A stretch of 64,000 nucleotides of DNA from Azolla caroliniana (Eukaryota; Plantae; Polypodiophyta), in contig JBHGNT010000006.1 of the NCBI GenBank assembly GCA_043228905.1, positions 16,182,001-16,246,000 of the forward strand, read 5' to 3'. A program made the translations under genes and the position numbers. This document shows, piece after piece, positions 53,940-64,000 of this stretch (its first letter is position 1; each line of letters opens with the position of its first letter). The notes below the pieces were generated by a model, which was not told the origin of the DNA, ran no database searches, and was given only the letters and a program-made list of their open reading frames with translations.

Positions 53940-55340
53940 TTCCGGTGCGTGATCTTCGCATTCCAAGTTCGGGGGGCTTGCTTCAGACCGTAAAGCGACT
54001 TCTTGAGTCGGCATGCCAATTCGCGTCTTTCGCCGCTTCTGCTTACCTCTCCGGCTCACGCACTTCTGTCACTTGTGTCATGTACGCGTAATGGTGCGCT
54101 ATGTATTCATTGTACCGGTAACGGGGTTCTTTAGGCAAGTACATCGACGTAATTCGTGATTATCCGATTTCACGACCTTTCCGGCCGATTTCGACCTCTT
54201 CCGCGGAGGTTCCTTCTCGATTGGCCCGAAGTCAGATTCGCTCCGATCTGACTCGGCACTGCCGAAATCGTATTCCGACATTTTCTTCTTCCCTTTTTCT
54301 TTACGCGTAAACCGTCTCCTCGGTACTTTACACAGGAAAACATGGCCGAATGTTTACTACTTGCCAGCTCTTCATTGGGTTGACCATCTCGATGCAACCC
54401 CTCATTCGGCCCGCTTAGCCAAAATGAGATTAGACTCTCTGTTAGAGCTCCGATTTCCTCATCACGCGGAGGAAGCTCGACCTCACTGATGTCATAGACA
54501 CACCATGACAACTGACCTCTTCTTCAGAATTCAGAATGGAGTCATGAGGTGTTGGAGGTGAAGGCAAGTACCACGAAGTGGACTCGTCGAACACAACATC
54601 TCAGCTTACACGAACTTCCTTTGTTTGGGGGTTATAGCACTTATACCCCTTTTGCTCATCTGAATAGCCGACTAAGATACGCTTCTCAGCTTTCCACGAA
54701 GTGGACTCGTCAAACATGACATCTCGCCTTACACGAACTTCCTTTGTTTGGGGGTTATAGCACTTATACCCCTTCTGCTCATCTGAATAGCCGACCAAGA
54801 TACACTTCTCGGTTTTCCACGAAGTGGACTTGTCGAACACGACATCTCGGCTTAAACGAACTTCCTTTGTTTGGGGGTTATAGCACTTATACCCTTTTTG
54901 CTCGTCTGAATAGCCGACCAAGATACACTTCTTGGCTTTGGCGTCCAGCTTCCTCCTCTTCTCCTTTAGCACATGCACATATGCAATGCTGCCGAAAATT
55001 CTCAGGTGTGCCAGGTTTGGCTTCTTCCCGTAATACAACTCATGTGGCGACACTCCTCCATTAGCAGAGGTCTGATTCTGCAAGTAAACAACCGTCCTTA
55101 TGGCTTCAACCCAGTAAAACTTCGACATATGCTTCTCTTCAAGCGTTGCCCTGGCAGCTTCTTCGATCGTTCGATGCTTCCGTTCGGCCACGCCGTTCTG
55201 GTGCGGCCTGTATCTACACGAGAATTCGCGTCAAATCCCTTCCTTCTATAGATAACTTGTGAACTGGTCGGAGAAGTACTCCTTCCCACCATCGGACCGT
55301 AGGCACTTGATCTTACGCCCAGTTTCCCTTTCCGCAAGGC
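53940..55340 (-). mobile_element. Ty1/copia integrase / RT-start fragment
   Basis: Motifs KIKCLRSDGGKEYF, NGVAERKHRTI, HLRIFGSIAYVHV and RLKKSLYGLKQAP. Confidence 0.85.
54571..54939 (-). repeat. In-frame 123-bp tandem triplication within the integrase C-terminal region
   Basis: Units start at 54571, 54694 and 54817. Each encodes about KAEKCILVGYSDEQKGYKCYNPQTKEVRVSRDVVFDESTSW. Confidence 0.93.
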
Positions 55341-55346
55341 ACTTTG

Positions 55347-55670
55347 TGTAGGATCTATGTATCGATGGAGCTAACTCTCAGGCAGAGATGGTTGTCGGAC
55401 ACCTCCGAGCCTCACATTCACTTAACGATTAGTAGATGATTAAGCACAATATCTCTCTCACTCTCTTAAGCCCGCTCTCATAGACAATAGGGTAATGAAT
55501 ATAGACAACAAGAGTAATGAATATGTTTATTAACCCTCTTTGCTAAGAGGTCTAACACCAACAAGGAAGAGAGATTAGTGTTCTCTAACTAAACACTTCA
55601 CTAATCTCCCTTAAGCTTAAAGGTTACAAGAAGGAGGAGAGGAAGCTCTAGCTCTTAATCAACAAGGAGA
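55347..55670 (-). repeat. LTR-like fragment
   Basis: TGTAGGAT start. Composition resembles a reverse-oriented U5/R region. Cut off by a LINE tail. Confidence 0.35.
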
Positions 55671-58600
55671 TTAGAATTATAATTAGAATTTTTATCGTCC
55701 ATAAAGAGGCCAATTTTGACCTATGGGACCAAAGTATACATGTGTTCTTGATATATGTCTCCTTCCTAAGAAGGGGTATTCATATGTTGAAGCACAAAGT
55801 CTCTATGTGTTAATAAAGCATACACATATGAGCTCAACCTTCTAGGTGGTGTCTTAAGTATGGATCTTAAGTTATCACTCCCTCTTAGTATGTCAACATA
55901 TCTTGAACCAATTGCACTATATGTTGAGCATGTGAAGAGCAAGTGACATTCATCCTCTACCATGCCTTCATTGCATACTTTACATGTCTTCAAATTCGTT
56001 ACATTTTGATACCATGATGCAACTTCAATACCTAACTTGTGAGATCGAGTGGGAAGTATTGTAAGGGCTCTACGAGCATTGCTACTCATATTGGTAATGA
56101 GATAAGGTTGAATACGATCAATAGACATTCTTGCTTTACATTGAGACTGTTGAGAGACAAGCTCAACATTTGTGCCTAATCCGATGTGTAAAGCCGGTAC
56201 GCAGACCAGTGCGTAGGAAGGCCGTATCGATGCATACACCGAAAGGCCGTTAGAAAGATATTCCTCGTAAGGAATAGTTTTGGGAGCAAGTGTCGAGGCT
56301 CATTTATGAGCAATCAAGTACTGTCAGTACTTATGTCAGCCCATTGTCGGGGCTTGTATAAAAGTGCTCATTGAGCACATCCTATGCACAGATTGAGTAT
56401 TATTTTTGAATTGTGTTCTTGTGTTTACTCTCTCTTTGTCTCTCCCATGAGTACTGTGCAAACCTAACCTTTCCATTAAACCTGCGTTTTCTGTTGTTCG
56501 GTTTTCCTACATTGCTTCCGCACGCCATTCTTTTCATGGTATCATAAACACGGTGTCGACTACGATGAGACGTTCGCGGCGGTCGCGAAGATGACAATCG
56601 TCCGTGTTTTGCTCGCGGTAGCCGCAACCAAGGGGTGGCACTTACATCAGATGGATGTAAAGAATGCATTCCTGCAAGGTGAGCTTGAGGACCAAGTGTA
56701 CATGGTACAACCCCCCGGATTTCACTCCAGAACGAACATGTCGGCAGTGTGCCGATTGAAGAAGTCCCTTTACGGACTGAAGCAAGCCCCGCATGCCTGG
56801 AATGCGAAGATCACGCATCAGCTGCGTCGGATGGGCTTTGCGACGTCAAAATCGGACTCCTCGTTGTTCATTCGGAAAGGTCGACTCTATGTTGATGACT
56901 TGGTCATCACCGGCGCCAACCTCGGTGAAATCAACCGCGTGAAGCTCTAGCTTGCGGCATCATTTGACATGAAGGATCTAGGGGACCTTCATTACTTCCT
57001 CGGGATCGAAGCGATCCACACCCTCGAAGGCATACTGATCAGCCAACGTCATTACGCGCTGAATATGCTCTTCAAATTCGGGATGACAGACTGTAAGTCT
57101 GTCTCGACTCCTCTGGATAGAACTGTGACGCTTCGCCCCAATTCTGGGAAGGTTTGCGATCCGACAAGGTTCCGACAAATTTTTGGAAGCCTTATCTACT
57201 TGACAATCACCCGACCCGATCTCAGTTACCCGGTCGGGGTGATCAGTCAATTTATGGCGCGACCTACCGAGGAGCACCTTCAGTGTGCGCAACGCGTACT
57301 GCAGTACGTAAGCGGCACTAAGGACCGGGGACTGCTATATCGGACCGATACAGCCCCGCAGTTGGTCGACTACACCGATGCTGACTAGGCTGGCAATGTC
57401 GCCGATAGCCGATCCACGTCTGGATACACGTTCTCTCTTGGGAGTGCTGCGATAGCGTGGAGTAGCAAAAAGCAGCCGACAGTTGCACTGTCGAGCACCA
57501 AAGCTGAGTACCGAGGAGCGGCTATCGCGACATGCGAAGCCATATGGTTGAAGCGGCTACTTAAGGATCTGCAGGTGGAGGTGTCCGATCCGACGACGAT
57601 CTATTGCGACAACCTCAGCAACATCCAACTCGCGAAGAACCCCATCTTCCACGCACGGACCAAGCATATGGAGGTGCATTACCATTTTGTCCGTGAGCGT
57701 GTCCTTTCTGGTGAAGTCGAACTTCAGTATGTTCCGACGGATCGGCAGACCACCGGCATCTTCACCAAGCCTCTTCGTTTGGACAAGTTATAGCAATTCT
57801 CGGGTGCTCTTGGGTTGCGTCACCTCGACGTGCCGAACTTGAGGGGGAGAAACGTCCCAGATGACCATGAAAGGGAGCAGGAAAGGAGCGGAAAAGATCG
57901 TGGCTCGGTTGAAGAAGCCGAGAGCAGATCTGCGGAAGAGTCCGAAAGCGGACGTAAGGGGAGTAGCCGAAAGAAAATGCCGGAGCCAACCAGGCATTTG
58001 GGAGATGACGCCGTCAAAGGCGAGAAGACCGAAGACGAGTTGGAGTCAGCCAACTTGGACGAGAGCGAAAACCGATCGGAGGTAGCCAAGTCGGTTCAGA
58101 TGTTTGATTCAGATACACTGAATCAACCAAGGGCCAAGCGGAAAAGAAGGCAACAGGAGAAGCGCCGACACCGCGACAACAAGGGAGCTGTGAAGGGTCG
58201 TGGGAGGAGACAAGCCAACCAGAAGGGTCGAAGCGCGCGGAGTTGAACAGGCTGAGGAGCGCGAGCGAGGCGTGTAGCCAGGAGAAGCTGGAGCGGAGAT
58301 CCGGCAGAGCAGGCGGAACTCAAGTTGAGCTTGAGGGGGAGTGTTGAGAAACAGGCTCAACATTTGTGCGTAATCCGATGCGTAAAGCCGGTACGCAGAC
58401 CGGTGCGTAGGAAGGCTGTATCGGTGCGTAGACCGAAAGGCCGTTAGAAAGATATTCCTCGTAAGGAATAGTTTTGGGAGTAAGTGTCGAGGCTCATTTA
58501 TGAGCAATCAAGTACTGTCAGTACTTATGTCAGCCCATTGTCAGGGCTTGTATAAAAGTGCTCATTGAGCACATCCTATGCACAGATTGAGTATTATTTT

Positions 58601-59350
58601 TGAATTGTGTTCTTGTGTTTACTCTCTCTTTGTCTCTCCCATGAGTACTGTGCAAACCTAACCTTTCCATTAAACCCGTGTTTTCTGTTGTTCGGTTTTC
58701 CTACATTGCTTCCGCACGCCATTCTTTTCAGAGACCAACATTCAGGGTTGACATTTGCAATGTAGTATTCAAGCTTTGTCCTCTTAGCATCCTCCCACTT
58801 CATCCTTAATGATTCCACCAACCTTTCCTCAATCATTACATACTGCATAACATTGCCTGAAAGCTCTAAAAGATCATCCACACCCCATCTTCTAAACCAT
58901 TTCTTTATGTCAACAACCCAACCAGATGAGAGAATCTTACTTTTATGATTCTTTTGTAGCTTACATCAAACATTCCAAGAAAGATGTGGTAATCGATGAT
59001 TCGGCATATTCTTGACTTTTGTAATTTATTTATATACTCTTTGGAGTGCCAATAGTTCTATGGGTCGAACACCCGTTTCCAAGAGCATAACCTGGTAAGA
59101 GGTAGTGCATTTAACTCCTAATTTCCTCCTTAAAAACATCTTTTGAATTTTCTCAATCTCGTTCCATGCATTAAGAGAGATGGTGCCAACCCATACTTCT
59201 ACTCCATAAAGCAATACTTGAGTTACCATGGCATTGAACAACATTAATTTTACTTCCCATCCACAAGCATCACTTTGGTTGCATTGGTTCTCTAAAAGGT
59301 AATATGATTTCCAACCGTTACAAAGCCACTACTATATGGTTTATATAGCA
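55671..59350 (-). mobile_element. 5'-truncated RTE/RTEX-like LINE, split by copia element F
   Basis: Motifs LFNAMVTQVLLYGVEVW and MLLETGVRPIE (59026-59244); SHKLGIE..CKVC..EDECHLLFTC (55766-56140). Homologous to the LINE at 1996. Short repeat tail at about 55671-55690. Confidence 0.85.
56148..58730 (+). mobile_element. Internally deleted Ty1/copia element F (no gag, PR or INT)
   Basis: 389-bp LTRs at 56148-56536 and 58342-58730. TSD GAGAC. A truncated PBS TGGTATCA is joined directly to RT (HGVDYDETFAAVAKMT). RNase H and PPT present. Confidence 0.95.
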
Positions 59351-59499
59351 TTCACGTTTAGGGTATGGGCCTTTCACACTTGGACGTCTCTTTGCTTCTT
59401 TTCCTCTTACCGTTTCCTCTTCGTAGGTCCTTCAACACCTACTACGTCCTTGTTGATGCGCTCTTATTCATGACTGGTTGTGTTGCAATCCAAGTGCTT

Positions 59500-60930
59500 A
59501 ACATCCCCCCCAACCTAATGAGTGCACACTCCCGGGTGCACTGTGGGAGGGGAGCTTCGGGTGTCGGGGGCGAGAAGGATGGAGTAGGGAAGTTCCTTGG
59601 GGGGTGGGTGGCGGCGGAGATGATGGCGAAGACGGCGGATGTTTAGTGGTGGTAGCAAGATTTCCTGCATTTGGTTGGTCGTCGTGAAGAAGTCCTTCTT
59701 GGGGCTAGTGAGCCATGTGCAGGTGTTGGGGCCGGCGAAGGGAGAGGGGGGGTTTCGACTAAAACTTATGTAAGCGGGAAAAAAACGTGTGTCGATCATG
59801 GTTTCAAAATACCGTTTGTAGGTGGTGGGGAGCACATTGACGGGGGTCCAAAGGATGACCAATTGACGACGAGTAGGGCCTTTATTCAAATCAAAGGCAA
59901 GGCCCCAGTATGAGCAGTAGTTTTAGAAAGCGAAGGCTGGCTTGAATGTCAGGGTCAGGGATGTCGAGGTATGTACGTAGAAATCGTCGCATGGCCCAAA
60001 TCATTCCTGGTTCAGTCGGGGATGTGCGAAGGGGTCGGGGGAACACAAGCTAGTTGAATTGGAGGGTGGGTAGGCATGCCTGGGCGGCTTGGAAGTCGCG
60101 CCATGGCCAACAACGAGGGAGAGGAAAAATGGTGGGGTTGGTGCGCATCTCGGGGGGGTGGAGGGCAAACCATTCGTGGAAGGACGCGTGCTCAAACCAG
60201 GGGGCAAGGAGGTGGTTGGTTGTCGGGATCATCAGGTGAGTCGTGGTCCCAGTTCAGGTTGAACTCTGAGGGGGAGGGAGGGGGGTGCGGGGGTAGGAGG
60301 GCGTGGGCACGAGCCTCATCGACCGTCATGAGTTGATACTCACGAGAGACGTCTAGGTATAGGGCTAACTCTGGTATGTCGTCTGCCTCTAGGTCGGTGG
60401 GCTAGTTGAATGCGGCACATTCAATGCTGAATATGTGAGTACGAACCCCGATGTCCCAGGCGGTTTGCCAAGGGCATATTAACCAGAGGAAACCGAAAGG
60501 GGGCATGGAGGTCGTAGCGCTCTCCAACAGGGTGCGGGTGAGAGTGTCGGCAATGTGGTGTAAGCCCACTAGCGTTGTGAAGAGTTGGGCTAGCTGGTCT
60601 TCGGTGACTTGCACCGTGACATCAGAAGGGTAGGTGAAACATACCAGATCAGAGATGTCTAAGTCTGGGGTGAGGGCGGTGTGTAGGTAGGCCATGCCTT
60701 CGAGAAACAAAATAGGGAGATGTTGGGGGAAGAGGTCATTGGCTTGGGGGGGAGGGTTCCTCGGTGGTTTCCTGGTACAACATAAAGAGTGCGAGGGCGT
60801 GGTTGATGTCGGGGAGTACTTGGATGAATGTCTGCCGATCTAGGGGGGTGGCGTCGTTAAAGAACACGCGACACGTTGTCGTGCCTTTCGGCGCCAGATC
60901 GTTTGCGTGAGTCGGGTGGGAACCGCTGGG
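59500..60930 (-). pseudogene. Degenerate ORF of unknown function (frameshifts and stops)
   Basis: Protein-like segments at 60402-60710 and 59515-59889, in a C-rich coding-like strand. No family recognised. Confidence 0.35.
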
Positions 60931-61446
60931 GTTTTGGACTAGGAAGAGGAGAGGTTTAAGGCTAATAAGAATATAAATATGTTGTAAGAAAGAGTTATAG
61001 CAAACTCGTGAATCCCACGAGTGTATTGTATTAGATTAATCAATATGAATATAAGAATATAAATTTGGGTTGATATAGAATCCTCATGAATCCCACGAGT
61101 ATAGTTTATTAATTGGTGTTTTTTAGAAACATATCCAATTTCCAAATATTTTTCACACCCATTACATTGTGCTCCTCATCCGTCTATAGAGATGAGAGAG
61201 TCTTTTCCAACCCATACGTTTTCTCTAACTATAGACTCCATGCTTTTTCTATAGATAGACTATATGCTTTACCTAAAGTGATCATGCTTTTTCTAACTTG
61301 TGCGTTTTTTATCAACTATAGCGTTCATGCACGCTAGATGTGCATGTGTAGCTTTTTCTTTTAGCATGTGTTTTCTTTTAACGAAAGTTTATCCTAGGTG
61401 AACTAACTTTTCTATTGGAACATCTACTTTTTAATACTAATGAAAT

Positions 61447-61512
61447 GCTAGAGCAATGGTAAGACATTACATTATTAACATGGAGGTGTAAGGTTCGAAT
61501 CTTGCCCTATGC
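61447..61512 (+). other. tRNA-like remnant (A box / B box), possibly from a SINE or Helitron
   Basis: TAGAGCAATGG and GGTTCGAATC about 35 bp apart. No full cloverleaf. Confidence 0.35.
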
Positions 61513-61601
61513 ATGTTATATATATTTTAATATTTTCTACTATTTATTCATATTTATTAAATCGGTACTTTATAAGTTTTTCACGTAGTGTACGAAATAC
61601 A

Positions 61602-63872
61602 CTACAAAAGCGTGGTTGCCAGCGACCGAAGGACACACATGGCTTGGGTGAGAAGGTTACGCGGTGTACGTGGTGCAGTGAAAAGTTCAGAGAGCATTGA
61701 TGTTGAGGTCAGGGTAAGGAGAGGTGTTTGAACCGTGGAGGGGCCCGTCGTGCCGGGGCTGAGGGCGTGCTCGAAGGCGGCTTTGGTCATTCAGAGTTGG
61801 ATGATGTCCTTCTCGAGGTCGGTGCATTGGTGGCTGTGTGTGATGAGGAGACATTTGTTCCGTTCATTGGTGACCTCTACTTGGTGGACCATAGCGTCAT
61901 GTTCAACCTTGAGGGTTGTGATCTTGCTTGTGAGTTTGTGAGTTGTGGTAGTGGCGGTGGCCAGAGCCTTGAACCATTCGGAGAGGTTAGTCATCACTGG
62001 TGTGAGGTGGGACTCTGTCTGTTGGTGTTGGGTGGTGAGACGGATGTACTCGGCAGAGAGTTCGGCGTGTGTTTGCACCGCGCGTTCCTGGTCGTGGTGC
62101 CACGTTGTATGGGCTTGTTGGAACTCGTCAACAAGTTGTTGGTGTCGGGTTTGTGCCGCAAGCAGTTCTTGCTTGAGGAGGTCGTGGGAGGCAGCTTGGC
62201 ATGCGTTGGTATGGAGGACGCTCCTCACTTCGGCGGCCAAGATCTCCTTTCGTGTAGAGGTCTCGTGTTGGTTGGTGGCAGCTTGTTGGGCTTGTGCATG
62301 GACTTGAAGTAGGCAACGATTCACAACAGAAGTCATCTTGAGGAGGTCGGGCACCATGTCAGCTAAGGGTTTGGGGGGGTTGGCGAGGGACGGGTTAGGG
62401 TGGGCCGTGACAGCAGTGAGCGGGGTAGAGCAGGGAACAGAAGTCATCTTGAGGAGGTCGGCCACCATGTCGGCTAAGGGTTTGGGGGGGTTGGTAAGGG
62501 ACGGGTTAGGGTGGGCGGTGACAGTAGTGATTGGGGTAGAGCAGGGAACGGAGGCCGGGTGGGGTGGTGGTGGGGTTGTCATCTGGGTGAGAGTGATGGT
62601 GGGGTGAGGGGTGACAACCGGGCTTGTGGGCGATGGCGGGTTGGGGCTCTCTGGAGGACGGAGGGGGTTTTCGGTGTTGGGGGTGTTGTGACGAGTGAGC
62701 TTACGGGGTCGAGGTTGCGGTGTGTTGTCGGTGGTCGTGGGGGGTGATGGCTAGGTTTTTGTGCTAGGGGTGGTAGGTGGGGGTTCTTGGGGCACAGAGG
62801 TTGGCGAGGTGGGGAGAGGTGGGGCTGCCGGGTTCTGTAGGTCACGAAAGATTGATTCGGTTGTGCAGCTACAGGTACGAGAGGTCGTGGTTGTGGTCTG
62901 ATGTGACACATAGTGGAAAGTAATAGACAAGACCTAGATTTCGGTGGCAGTGAATTTGCTTGTCTGGAATTCCTTGACACGATTTGTGATATCCTCATGG
63001 GTATCGAGGGTAGCTTTAGTCGTCACGTGGGTGATCTGGGGTTGTCTGTGCGTTGGTGGCCATTCCCGTTCGCCTTGGTGTACCTGTCTTAGGAAGTTGT
63101 GTTCGGGGATGCCGAGCCTCTCGGGTTGGCCTGGTATGGTTATCTTGCGGTGTTGTTCCTGGCAGCGTATTAAGGGAGGGGTTGAAGGTCCGATGTTGAA
63201 CATTACGCACAAGTAACGAGTGAGGAACTGTGCGAAATTGACTGCCAATTTGGGCCGTGTTTGCCATTCTCGGACCCGTCGAACAAGCTCATGAGCCCAC
63301 TGGACCGGTTGAGGATCATGTGCCCACTTGAGGAACTCGCAGGTGATGTGGACGGTGGCATCGGTAGATGTGGTGTCGCCGATTTGGGCAATCGCGCTAC
63401 AACGGTCGTGGAGGTGGGGGGGAATTTAGGTGTAACGCCAACCTTCGCGTCCAGAATACTCGGAGTAGGTGGCGGGAATGACACCAGGGGTCTTCGTGGT
63501 GCAGAAGGGGACACCATCCGACAGTAAATGTAGCATGGCGCAAACGTCGGCGACGGTGAACTGGAATTTGACGGAGGGGTAATCCATGAAGGCGTGCATA
63601 TCAACGTGGCTTGTATCGGGGTTGTACCCTGTGAGGAATCGGTTGACCAACTCGGGTAGGACGCCCCATGGGCCAATCCCGAGGAAGAACTTGAGTCCAA
63701 GTCGGGAAAGGGTGTCGAACACGTCGGGTTCGAGGTACTTGAGTTGCGTAGCAGCCATGGGGACCCGGTAAGTACATCGGGTGTTGTTGAACACCGCCAG
63801 AATGACTAAGGAACCGCAACCTGTGTCAGGGTAGTACACGTGGAGGAGTTTGATGAGTTGAGGGGACGTCAT
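61602..63872 (-). pseudogene. ~756-codon ORF with four in-frame stops: globular N-terminus, Pro/Thr linker, coiled-coil C-terminus (probably a TE accessory protein)
   Basis: ORFs 63426-63872, 62934-63248, 61791-62582 and 61602-61790 share one frame. Stops are TAA at 63426, TAG at 62934, TAG at 62751 and TGA at 61791. Confidence 0.6.
62325..62551 (-). repeat. In-frame 111-bp tandem duplication
   Basis: Two copies of the 37-aa unit SVPCSTP.T.VTAHPNPSL.NPPKPLADMV.DLLKMT. Confidence 0.9.
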
Positions 63873-64000
63873 CGTTTACAAACTGCGGGAAAAAGATTAG
63901 TATAGTGAAATTGGGTGAACTAATCCCTATTGATGGGGTGGAGGGATGAGGGTTTGAAAGGGTAGCGGGTAGGGCATCTACTCGGACCGGTGGGGGGTTC

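Noticed and set aside
61447-61512. Functional tRNA gene
   Set aside because: It has A/B-box-like motifs but no convincing acceptor or anticodon stems.

Overview
This is eukaryotic land-plant genomic DNA, probably from a non-seed plant (inferred from the retroelement types). Most of the window is nested transposable elements. There is one apparently intact host gene: an 8-exon MATE/DTX transporter on the minus strand (32007-35314, about 465 aa). Two young, near-identical full-length Ty1/copia copies (A, 9510-14856; B, 48101-53472) have LTRs, tRNA-Met PBS, PPT and 5-bp TSDs, and each carries one or two C>T nonsense changes. A four-level nest of gypsy, copia and solo LTRs spans about 16.1-30 kb. 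Two LINE remnants and an internally deleted copia are also present. The most notable observations are: (1) a 2-kb non-autonomous hAT element (perfect 21-bp TIRs, perfect 8-bp TSD) carrying a captured ubiquitin-RPS27a gene copy; (2) a ~155-bp element built from an LTR's left end folded back into 29-bp inverted termini and inserted with a 5-bp TSD; (3) an unexplained ~756-codon pseudo-ORF and a second degenerate ORF at 59.5-63.9 kb. All coordinates were read by eye. Family assignments rest on recognised motifs, not database searches.
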